Assembly (NCBI GenBank): GCA_028693335.1
Contig: JAQUVR010000021.1
Location: 1-9,129, forward strand
DNA from: Candidatus Iainarchaeum sp.
GTDB taxonomy: Archaea; Iainarchaeota; Iainarchaeia; Iainarchaeales; CSSED10-239
Direction of reading: 5' to 3'
DNA length: 9,129 bases
Shown here: positions 1 to 6,384 of the stretch, piece by piece
How positions within the stretch are numbered: position 1 is the first letter of the stretch
Layout of the letters: every line of letters begins with the position of its first letter
Made by a program: the position numbers and the translations under genes
The notes under the pieces: model-generated
The model's input: the letters and a program-made list of their open reading frames with translations, nothing else
Told to the model about the DNA's origin: nothing
Database searches by the model: none

Positions 1-287
1 CCAAGACAAGTAATATCTGGAGCAGATAATTGCGTTAATCCAGCATCTTTTATTAAAACACAAGGAAATCTGTTTTTTATGGATTGATAAAGTTCTAACA
101 ATTCTGTTTTTGATTCAATCTTTAAAACAACTTTCTTCTGACCATAAGTAAGCCAGTCATCAACAGCTCTTGGATCTTTTTTAGAAGTAAGTAAATAACT
201 TTCAATTGCAGCATGCCCTGCTTGTGCAGCAATTTTACCTTTGCCAAGTTTTAGATCATTTCTTACTATTATTACTTGTTTGTACAT
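1..287 (-). CDS. pth2: peptidyl-tRNA hydrolase, archaeal/eukaryotic Pth2 type (N-terminal 95 codons; the C-terminus runs off the left edge)
   Basis: Hand translation of the reverse complement from ATG at 287..285 is open to position 1. It reads MYKQVIIVRNDLKLGKGKIAAQAGHAAIESYLLTSKKDPRAVDDWLTYGQKKVVLKIESKTELLELYQSIKNRFPCVLIKDAGLTQLSAPDITCLG. The opening VRNDLKLGKGKIAAQAGHAA and the later IKDAGLTQ segment match the Pth2/PTRH2 family signature. This is not the bacterial Pth1 type. Confidence 0.8.
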   Translation of the reverse strand, partial: MYKQVIIVRNDLKLGKGKIAAQAGHAAIESYLLTSKKDPRAVDDWLTYGQKKVVLKIESKTELLELYQSIKNRFPCVLIKDAGLTQLSAPDITCL

Positions 288-323
288 ATTTTTCTAGAAA
301 GAATATTTAAAAAATGATGAAAA

Positions 324-674
324 TTATTCATCATCATCAGCAGAAGCCTCTTCTCCACCAGTTACAACACCTAAATAGGTTACTGTAAAAGTTGTTTGAA
401 GTCTTCCCCACATTGATGTTATTTGCTTAGTTTCGTTTAAATAAAGTATTGTATTAAACTCATAACCTCTATGTTCATTTTTTACTAAATAATGTCTATC
501 ATATTCTATTTGTGCACCATTTGATCTTACATTTGTTAATTTAAAAATATAAACTCCATCATGTAATCCAAATTCTTCTCCTTCAGACACAATAGCTTCT
601 GTTTCTTCTTTTGTGTTTTTTGTTGGTCTTTCCATATCAGTTACTTTTTTTATTATATGAAATTTTGCTTTCAT
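324..674 (-). CDS. hypothetical small protein (116 aa) with an acidic C-terminal tail
   Basis: ATG-initiated ORF on the same strand as its neighbours. A Shine-Dalgarno-like AAGGA (plus-strand 681-685) sits 6 nt upstream of the ATG, with GGAG at 689-692. The protein ends in GGEEASADDDE. I recognised no family motif. Confidence 0.55.
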   Translation of the reverse strand: MKAKFHIIKKVTDMERPTKNTKEETEAIVSEGEEFGLHDGVYIFKLTNVRSNGAQIEYDRHYLVKNEHRGYEFNTILYLNETKQITSMWGRLQTTFTVTYLGVVTGGEEASADDDE

Positions 675-767
675 GATTAATCCTTTTTCTCCATATATTT
701 TGAAATTTTCTAAAAATATTTATATCTAATAAACATAAGGATAATAGGTTTATAAATATAATTATTT

Positions 768-1766
768 TTACCAATTGATAATAACTTGATCAGTTCTAAA
801 TTTTGAATTTATTTTCGTATCTTTTAATTTCATTCCATTTTTGTAATTATGAATGTAGTGTTTAAGACCAAGATCTGCAATTATTAATCCATTATCAACA
901 CAAACAACCATTGGTGGAATAAAAAGTTTTATTTTGTTTTGTTTTGCAAAAATTTCTAACATCTCTTTTAATGCTTTACTTGCTGCAACTCCACCGATCA
1001 CCATAACTTCTTTTTTTTTTGTGTAGGAAAGTGCTCTATCAGTTACTTCTAAAAGCATAGCATAAGCGGTATGCATAAACGAATAAACTAGTTCTTCTTT
1101 TGGATAGTTATTTATTATTTTTTTAGAATGTGTTAATAATCCAGAAAAATTCAAATCCATTCCTTTTACAGAATATGGTAGTTCTATATATTTAGATCTA
1201 TCTGCCTTAAAATAAATTTCATCTAAAACAGGTCCACCAGGAAATCCATACCCAAGATCTCTTGCAAAGCTATCAAATAAATTACCTATTCCAATATCTA
1301 GTGTTTCTCCAATTATCTTATACCTGTTTTCATCTTTTGCAATTATTTGTGTGTTTGCTCCAGAGGTATAAATTATCAAAGGGTCTTTTGCTTTTAAAAG
1401 GGTTTTGCCAATTTCTATATGAGATATACAATGATTAACACCAATTATTGGTTTATTATATTTAATAGATAAAGTCCTAGCTAAGGTTGCAGAAACAGAA
1501 AGACATGGTGCAAGACCTGGCCCTTGTGAAAATGAAATAACATCTATATCTTTCATTTTTAATTTTGCTTTTCTTAATGCAGATTCTAAAACAGTTATAG
1601 CATTATCGTAATGAAAAATAGAAACATCAAATGGTTTTAATCCAACACCTTCTTTTGAAATAAATTGCATCTTTTCATTAGAAAGAATATTTCCGAAATT
1701 ATCAATTATTCCAACGCCTATTGTGTGAGCAGTACTTTCTATTCCTAAACAAATTTTTTTTGACAT
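768..1766 (-). CDS. kae1: tRNA N6-adenosine threonylcarbamoyltransferase, Kae1 (KEOPS catalytic subunit), stand-alone form
   Basis: 332 aa. The N-terminus LGIESTAHTIGVGI is Kae1/OSGEP-like rather than the bacterial TsaD GIETSCDET form. Also present are the metal-binding His pair GVNHCISHIEIG, then YTSGANTQI, GGVAASKALKEML and CVDNGLIIA near the C-terminus. The length indicates no Bud32 fusion. Confidence 0.9.
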   Translation of the reverse strand: MSKKICLGIESTAHTIGVGIIDNFGNILSNEKMQFISKEGVGLKPFDVSIFHYDNAITVLESALRKAKLKMKDIDVISFSQGPGLAPCLSVSATLARTLSIKYNKPIIGVNHCISHIEIGKTLLKAKDPLIIYTSGANTQIIAKDENRYKIIGETLDIGIGNLFDSFARDLGYGFPGGPVLDEIYFKADRSKYIELPYSVKGMDLNFSGLLTHSKKIINNYPKEELVYSFMHTAYAMLLEVTDRALSYTKKKEVMVIGGVAASKALKEMLEIFAKQNKIKLFIPPMVVCVDNGLIIADLGLKHYIHNYKNGMKLKDTKINSKFRTDQVIINW

Positions 1767-1774
1767 AATTATTT

Positions 1775-3772
1775 TTAATTAATATTATAATATCCAGAAT
1801 ATAGTTCTTCAATTGTATCTACATTTGTATATTTTGGATATATTACTCTAGATATTGATGCTTGACAATCACAAGTACCAGCATTACAACAATTATAAAG
1901 TGGCCTATATTTTAAATAATCTGGATTTCTTGGATTACATAGTTTGTCATAGACTACTGGAATATTATCTATATCTTTAAATTGACAATAATACCCATCA
2001 AAACAAGGATAACAATTTTTCGTACTTACCCAATAAAGAGTGTTATTTTTTTCTATAGATGTATAATCTTCTCTTGGATTTAATGTAATTCTATTTCTTA
2101 ATATTCCTTGAGTAAATGTTATATATTGATCTAAATTTACTGTTTCAACAATAGATCCATTCATATGAAGTATCTGATTTCTTCTGGAAGCAACATCTCC
2201 AAGATACAAAACAACATGAGTAAATTGTCTATCTCTTCCATTAATATCTCTTGCTCTTATTGGAATATTGTTTCTATTTAACACCAAATTATTTTCTGTT
2301 TGTCTATAAAGATAATTACTGGTTGGTAAATAAACACCTAGTATTGTTCCAGGAACTAATTTTAATTCCCTATTACTTTCTTTTTCCCAAATAACATTAT
2401 TTTCATATATTAGATCCCATGCATTAGCTCTTATATAATTTAGACCAAAGACCTTATTTGCAGCTGTCACTGCAACTTTAGAACATAAAAATGTCCCCCC
2501 AATTGCCATATCATGACAATTTGGATTAGAATCATCAATAACACAATTATATTTTAAAATATCAATATCAGACATTCTTTTTTCTCCAAGAACAATATTT
2601 TTTCTAATTGGTAGTGGACACATTCTTGTTAATAAATTTTCATTTGTATTATATGTTAAAATATTTACTGACCTTGAACCAATTCCAAGAGGATCATCAC
2701 CAATTGTTTGTGCAATAATAGATTCATCATATTCTCCAGCAAAACATTGTCTTCTATATGTTGATTTATAATATGTTGAATAATTTGCAATTATTCTTTC
2801 TTTCATTTCTGTATTATCATATCTTGTTGTTTCAAAAATTTCTTTTAAAACTATATATTTTGCCATTTTTACTGCAATTTGAACATCTGCATTATTACCA
2901 ACAACCCCTTCATAATTTCTAATTCCTAATTTAAATTTTATTGGACCAGAAGTATATTTATATGAATAACAAGTAGCATAAAATAAATCTACAGAGTCTT
3001 GGTGCGTTCTAGAAAAATTTGCAGAATTAGAAAGAATATTATTTATAACAAATGGTCTAGTTGAGTTTGCAGATTCTGATTCTATAACTTTAAGTATGTT
3101 TTTATAAATTGTAGCTCCTAAAATAGCAGACGCATATGGGTTTGTATTATCTCTTATCGCTGTTTTTAATTGATTAAATTCAGCATCAGAATCAATAGTG
3201 TTATTTTCCCCACCAAAACGAGAACCATATCGGTTTCTTTGTATTTCTTCATTTATTGTAAAAAGATTTGCGGATCTTAAAGAATCACTTAAAAATCGTC
3301 CAGGTCTTGTTCTTGTTTCTGTTGACAAAACTACATTGTTATACCAAACAGGGCCTATCTGAGCAACTCCTCTAAATAGTCTATCTCCACTAATTACTCC
3401 AATTCGTCTATTTTGATTACTCCAAACAGTACACCCTGATTCTGCTGACATCATTGCAAAATATTGAATAGTTTGTTCTTCAGTGAAATTAAATGCACTT
3501 GCAATTTGAAAAACAATTTTTAAAAAATCGCCTTGACAACCTTGATAATCTCCTAAAACTTTATTTATTTGCCCAGAAATTAATCGTTGTAGTGCAATTT
3601 TTCTTGATGGTTTTAATTCGAAATCTTCTAAATAATTAGCAATAACAATATCATAACTTGGCTGTGAGGCTGGTCTTGCCGGTGTTGCCGGTGTTGAGGC
3701 AAATACTGATATAGAACTCATTATTAAAAAAATAATTATTAATATTAAGAAAATTTTTTTCATTTTGTTCAC
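1775..3772 (-). CDS. secreted multidomain putative cell-wall hydrolase: signal peptide, TPA/RPA linker, SLT/lysozyme-like region, NlpC/P60-CHAP-like cysteine hydrolase domain, Cys-rich C-terminal tail
   Basis: 665-aa ORF. The track start at 3772 is GTG. The ATG at 3763..3761 (MKKIFLILIIIFLIMSSISVFAS) is the more likely start and gives a classic Sec signal peptide with a probable VFA/S cleavage site. SLT-like motifs are MMSAESG (Glu111, nt 3440-3442), then GVAQIGPVWYNN 24 aa later, and further on LFYATCYSYKYTSGP. The papain-like domain has FLCSKVAVTAANK (Cys430, nt 2483-2485), ANAW, VPGTILGV, FTHVVLYLG (His519, nt 2216-2218) and QILHMNG (His536, nt 2165-2167). The last 80 aa contain 8 Cys. The fold assignment rests on motifs only. 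Confidence 0.8.
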   Translation of the reverse strand: MNKMKKIFLILIIIFLIMSSISVFASTPATPARPASQPSYDIVIANYLEDFELKPSRKIALQRLISGQINKVLGDYQGCQGDFLKIVFQIASAFNFTEEQTIQYFAMMSAESGCTVWSNQNRRIGVISGDRLFRGVAQIGPVWYNNVVLSTETRTRPGRFLSDSLRSANLFTINEEIQRNRYGSRFGGENNTIDSDAEFNQLKTAIRDNTNPYASAILGATIYKNILKVIESESANSTRPFVINNILSNSANFSRTHQDSVDLFYATCYSYKYTSGPIKFKLGIRNYEGVVGNNADVQIAVKMAKYIVLKEIFETTRYDNTEMKERIIANYSTYYKSTYRRQCFAGEYDESIIAQTIGDDPLGIGSRSVNILTYNTNENLLTRMCPLPIRKNIVLGEKRMSDIDILKYNCVIDDSNPNCHDMAIGGTFLCSKVAVTAANKVFGLNYIRANAWDLIYENNVIWEKESNRELKLVPGTILGVYLPTSNYLYRQTENNLVLNRNNIPIRARDINGRDRQFTHVVLYLGDVASRRNQILHMNGSIVETVNLDQYITFTQGILRNRITLNPREDYTSIEKNNTLYWVSTKNCYPCFDGYYCQFKDIDNIPVVYDKLCNPRNPDYLKYRPLYNCCNAGTCDCQASISRVIYPKYTNVDTIEELYSGYYNIN
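3672..3698 (-). repeat. three tandem 9-nt units (ggtcttgcc / ggtgttgcc / ggtgttgag on the plus strand) encoding the TPA-TPA-RPA linker after the signal peptide
   Basis: Read directly from the sequence. The units are in frame within the 665-aa CDS (ASTPATPARPASQPS) and form the most GC-rich patch of that gene. Confidence 0.7.
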
Positions 3773-3824
3773 GCTCTCGCTCTAAATAATATATATTATT
3801 ATTTACAAAAATTATATAAAACCA
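3773..3824 (-). promoter_or_regulatory. candidate archaeal promoter and short leader for the 665-aa hydrolase gene
   Basis: 52-nt gap between the TAG stop of the 255-aa gene and the hydrolase start. The minus strand reads TGGTTTTATATAATTTTTGTAAATAATAATATATATTATTTAGAGCGAGAGCGTG. It has TATA-like TTTTATATAA and ATATATTATTTA, followed by a conspicuous GC-rich direct repeat GAGCG-A-GAGCG (plus-strand 3773-3783) just before the start codons. No experimental support. Confidence 0.3.
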
Positions 3825-4592
3825 CTATCTTTTAGGCAAAATTATTTCAACCAACTCATTTTCATATAAATATTCTTTTATTGGAAAAATATTTGCACCG
3901 TCTTCTTCTAAACTTATTATTGATTCAACACCATCTATCTTTCCAATAAATAAAACAACATGAGTATATTTTTTTGTATCTAATTTAAATTGGTTTATAA
4001 TCTGATTATTATTTTTTGTAATAATTCCTAAGATCGCACCTTCAGGGATATCACTATAATTAATTTTTTTATTTATATCTCTATTCCAAACAACAATATT
4101 ATTTTCTTTCTGATTTAAAAGCCAAGCGTGATCTAAGTCATAATCAACAGCATAAATTTTCTTTGCAGCAATTACACAAAATTGAGAACAATAATTTGTT
4201 TCTCTAACATATATCTGTTCACAAATTTGACCAAGTTTACAATTACCTATTGCTTTAATTATTTCAATGTCTACTACTCTTTTTGGATATATTATATTTT
4301 GATTATTACTTTTTATATCAAATTTATTAAATATATCAAAAATATCATAATTAAATATTATTGGAATTTTTGCTAAAATATTTGTTTGAAAATTATATAA
4401 ATTTAAAATATCAAATTTATTCTGATTTTCAAAAGTGCTATTTTGATCATTGATTTCTTCTGTAAATCCAAAACTTAGTAAAAAGATTAGTAATATTAAA
4501 ATTAAAATTTTTCTCAAATATTTCAACCATTTTTGTAATTTTAAAGATATTATTAATAAAATGTTTATAAATTGATTTTTTAAAAAAACCAC
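3825..4592 (-). CDS. membrane-anchored or secreted NlpC/P60-CHAP-like cysteine hydrolase paralog of the C-terminal domain of the downstream 665-aa protein
   Basis: 255-aa ORF with no in-frame ATG anywhere. The track start at 4592 is GTG. A TTG at 4526..4524 would give M-KYLRKILILILLIFLLSFGF, a clean signal or anchor sequence. Homology to the 665-aa protein is visible by eye: YCSQFCVIAAKKIY/DHAW/ENNIVVW/IPEGAILGI/YTHVVLFIG aligns with LCSKVAVTAANKVF/ANAW/ENNVIW/VPGTILGV/FTHVVLYLG. The candidate nucleophile is Cys135 (nt 4188-4190) and the candidate His is His211 (nt 3960-3962). Confidence 0.7.
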   Translation of the reverse strand: MVFLKNQFINILLIISLKLQKWLKYLRKILILILLIFLLSFGFTEEINDQNSTFENQNKFDILNLYNFQTNILAKIPIIFNYDIFDIFNKFDIKSNNQNIIYPKRVVDIEIIKAIGNCKLGQICEQIYVRETNYCSQFCVIAAKKIYAVDYDLDHAWLLNQKENNIVVWNRDINKKINYSDIPEGAILGIITKNNNQIINQFKLDTKKYTHVVLFIGKIDGVESIISLEEDGANIFPIKEYLYENELVEIILPKR

Positions 4593-4627
4593 TAATATTT
4601 TAATATTATTCTAAACATTAATATATT
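4593..4627. promoter_or_regulatory. divergent promoter region between the 255-aa hydrolase paralog and cysS
   Basis: AT-only spacer taatattttaatattattctaaacattaatatatt. A TATA-like TTTTAATA (4598-4605) is centred about 27 nt upstream of the cysS ATG. If the paralog starts at the TTG at 4526, the divergent region is 101 nt, which gives room for two promoters. Confidence 0.3.
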
Positions 4628-6073
4628 ATGAGCATAAAACTATATAATACACAATCAAAAAAAAAAGAAATATTTAAATCAGAAATACCTAATCTGTTAA
4701 AGATATATGTGTGTGGTGTAACTATTTATGATGATGTGCATATTGGTCATGCATTTTCATATATTAATTATGATATTTTGATTAATTATTTTAAACATTT
4801 CTTAGGATATGATATTCTTTATGTAAGAAATATAACAGATGTTGGCCATTTAACAGATGATGGAGATTATGGTGATGACAAAATTGAGAAAAGAGCACAA
4901 CAAAGAAAAATGCATCCAATGGAGTTAGTTTATATTTATAGCCATAGAATGTGGAAAAATTTTGATGCAATTAAACTATCTAGGCCAAACCTTGAACCAA
5001 CAGCATCAAGTCACATACCTGAAATGCAAGAGTGGGTTAAAAAAATGCTTGAAAATGGTTTTGCTTATGAAGTAAATGGAAATATTTATTATGATATTTC
5101 TAAATTTAGTGATTACGGAAAATTTGCAAATAAAAATATAGAAGATCTAGAAAAAAACACAAGATTTGAAAATGATCCTAATAAAAAAAATCTTCAAGAT
5201 TTTGCATTATGGATAAAGGCAGATCCAAAACACATTCTTAAATGGCCATCTCCTTGGGGAGAAGGATATCCTGGTTGGCACTTAGAGTGTTCTGTTATGG
5301 GAACTAAATATCTTGGTGAAAAATTTGATATTCATGGTGGTGGAATAGAACATGTCTTTCCACATCATCAAAATGAAATTGCACAAAATTATGGATATTA
5401 TAAACATCCAGTAGTAAATTATTGGGTACACACATCAATGCTTATGGTTGAAGGCAAAAAAATGGGTAAATCTCTTGGCAATTTTATAACTATTGAAGAT
5501 TTTTTAAAAAAACATTCTGCTGAAAGTCTAAGATATCTCTTTAGTACAGGACATTATAGAAAACCACAAAATTATACTGAACAAGCAATATTGGATTCAA
5601 AAACTGCTATTGAAAGATTAAATAAATTTATTAAAAGATTACAAGCAGTAAACAACAGTAAAGATAGTTCTTTTGGTAAAGAAATTATTGAAACAACAAT
5701 TGATAATTTTAAAAATTCAATGAACGATGATCTAAATACTCCTTCTGCATGGGCAAGTATCTGGATAATGATCAAAGAAATTAATAAACTTATTGATCAA
5801 GATAATTTAACTACAGAAGAAGCAAATAAAGTTCTTGATTTTTTACAAAAAGTAAATTTAGTGTTTAAGGTTTTTAATTTTGAACAAGATAATAAAGAAG
5901 AAAATGATAAAACAAAAATAAAAAAGGACGAAATTGAAGAATTAATTAAAAAAAGAGATAATGCAAGAAAAAATAAAAATTGGGAAGACGCAGATCTAAT
6001 AAGATTAAATTTAGAAAAAAAAGGAGTAATATTAAGTGATTCCTTAACTGGAACTACTTGGCATTATGAATAG
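4628..6073 (+). CDS. cysS: cysteine--tRNA ligase (CysRS)
   Basis: 481 aa. It has the class I HIGH motif (DVHIGHAFSY) and the KMSKS variant KMGKS. CysRS zinc-site contexts are present: YVCGVTIYD, GWHLECS and HGGGIEHVFPHHQNE. The C-terminus NKNWEDADLIRLNLEKKGVILSDSLTGTTW is typical of CysRS. There is no SD upstream. A TATA-like TTTTAATA lies about 27 nt upstream of the ATG, which suggests a leaderless or near-leaderless mRNA. Confidence 0.95.
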   Translation: MSIKLYNTQSKKKEIFKSEIPNLLKIYVCGVTIYDDVHIGHAFSYINYDILINYFKHFLGYDILYVRNITDVGHLTDDGDYGDDKIEKRAQQRKMHPMELVYIYSHRMWKNFDAIKLSRPNLEPTASSHIPEMQEWVKKMLENGFAYEVNGNIYYDISKFSDYGKFANKNIEDLEKNTRFENDPNKKNLQDFALWIKADPKHILKWPSPWGEGYPGWHLECSVMGTKYLGEKFDIHGGGIEHVFPHHQNEIAQNYGYYKHPVVNYWVHTSMLMVEGKKMGKSLGNFITIEDFLKKHSAESLRYLFSTGHYRKPQNYTEQAILDSKTAIERLNKFIKRLQAVNNSKDSSFGKEIIETTIDNFKNSMNDDLNTPSAWASIWIMIKEINKLIDQDNLTTEEANKVLDFLQKVNLVFKVFNFEQDNKEENDKTKIKKDEIEELIKKRDNARKNKNWEDADLIRLNLEKKGVILSDSLTGTTWHYE

Positions 6074-6383
6074 GATTTTCTATTAAAATTTCTTCGGTAT
6101 TATTTTCTTTAATTATTATAAAATCCACATCTTTATTTTTTAATTCTTTAAAATAATAATAAGCTAATGATTCCATTCCTTTATAATTTTTTATTAAAGA
6201 AAATAAATCCTCATCTCTAATTTTAAAATTAAAATCTTCTAATTTTTTTCTTTCAAGATTAAGATCTATACCCTTGATTCTTCCATTTATAAGTTCGCCT
6301 TTAAAACCAAGCCCAACTATAAATTGTAAAGGATGTTTTTTATGACTTAATGTCAAATTTGCATAACAGATTGCTTTATTCAT
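6054..6383 (-). CDS. hypothetical small protein (about 109 aa from the ATG at 6383; the track ORF extends to 6425)
   Basis: The ORF is on the same strand as, and immediately downstream of, the 143-aa ORF. The ATG at 6383..6381 follows the upstream stop (6387..6385) with one spacer nt (TAATATG), so I prefer it over the ATG at 6425, which would overlap the upstream gene by 41 nt. The 3' end overlaps the cysS 3' end convergently by 20 nt. No family motif recognised. Confidence 0.5.
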   Translation of the reverse strand: MNKAICYANLTLSHKKHPLQFIVGLGFKGELINGRIKGIDLNLERKKLEDFNFKIRDEDLFSLIKNYKGMESLAYYYFKELKNKDVDFIIIKENNTEEILIENPIHNAK

Positions 6384-6384
6384 A

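Noticed and set aside
1011-1020. T10 homopolymer (A10 on the coding strand) inside kae1, a possible slippage or frameshift site
   Set aside because: The reading frame is intact through it (TKKKEV) and Kae1 motifs continue on both sides. It is most simply explained by AAA Lys codons in an AT-rich genome.
3692-3763. Lipoprotein (lipobox) signal on the 665-aa protein
   Set aside because: There is no Cys near the end of the hydrophobic segment (…LIMSSISVFASTPATP). This looks like a type I signal peptide, not a lipobox.
4182-4376. 64-aa plus-strand ORF from the track
   Set aside because: It lies entirely antisense within the 255-aa hydrolase-paralog CDS. Its translation is low-complexity I/F/Y/N-rich text typical of shadow frames in AT-rich DNA. 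The opposite-strand frame carries the conserved catalytic motifs.
1775-4592. Recent horizontal-transfer island or mobile element carrying the hydrolase pair
   Set aside because: No integrase, transposase, flanking direct or inverted repeats, or tRNA target are visible. By eye the base composition and codon style match the flanking housekeeping genes. Any transfer would be ancient. I cannot compute GC or codon statistics here.
4657-4666. A10 homopolymer near the 5' end of cysS
   Set aside because: It is in frame (SKKKE) with intact downstream CysRS motifs. There is no evidence of programmed frameshifting or a pseudogene.
5572-5775. 67-aa minus-strand ORF from the track
   Set aside because: It is antisense inside cysS, whose frame is supported by unambiguous CysRS motifs. 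It has no start context and no recognisable content.
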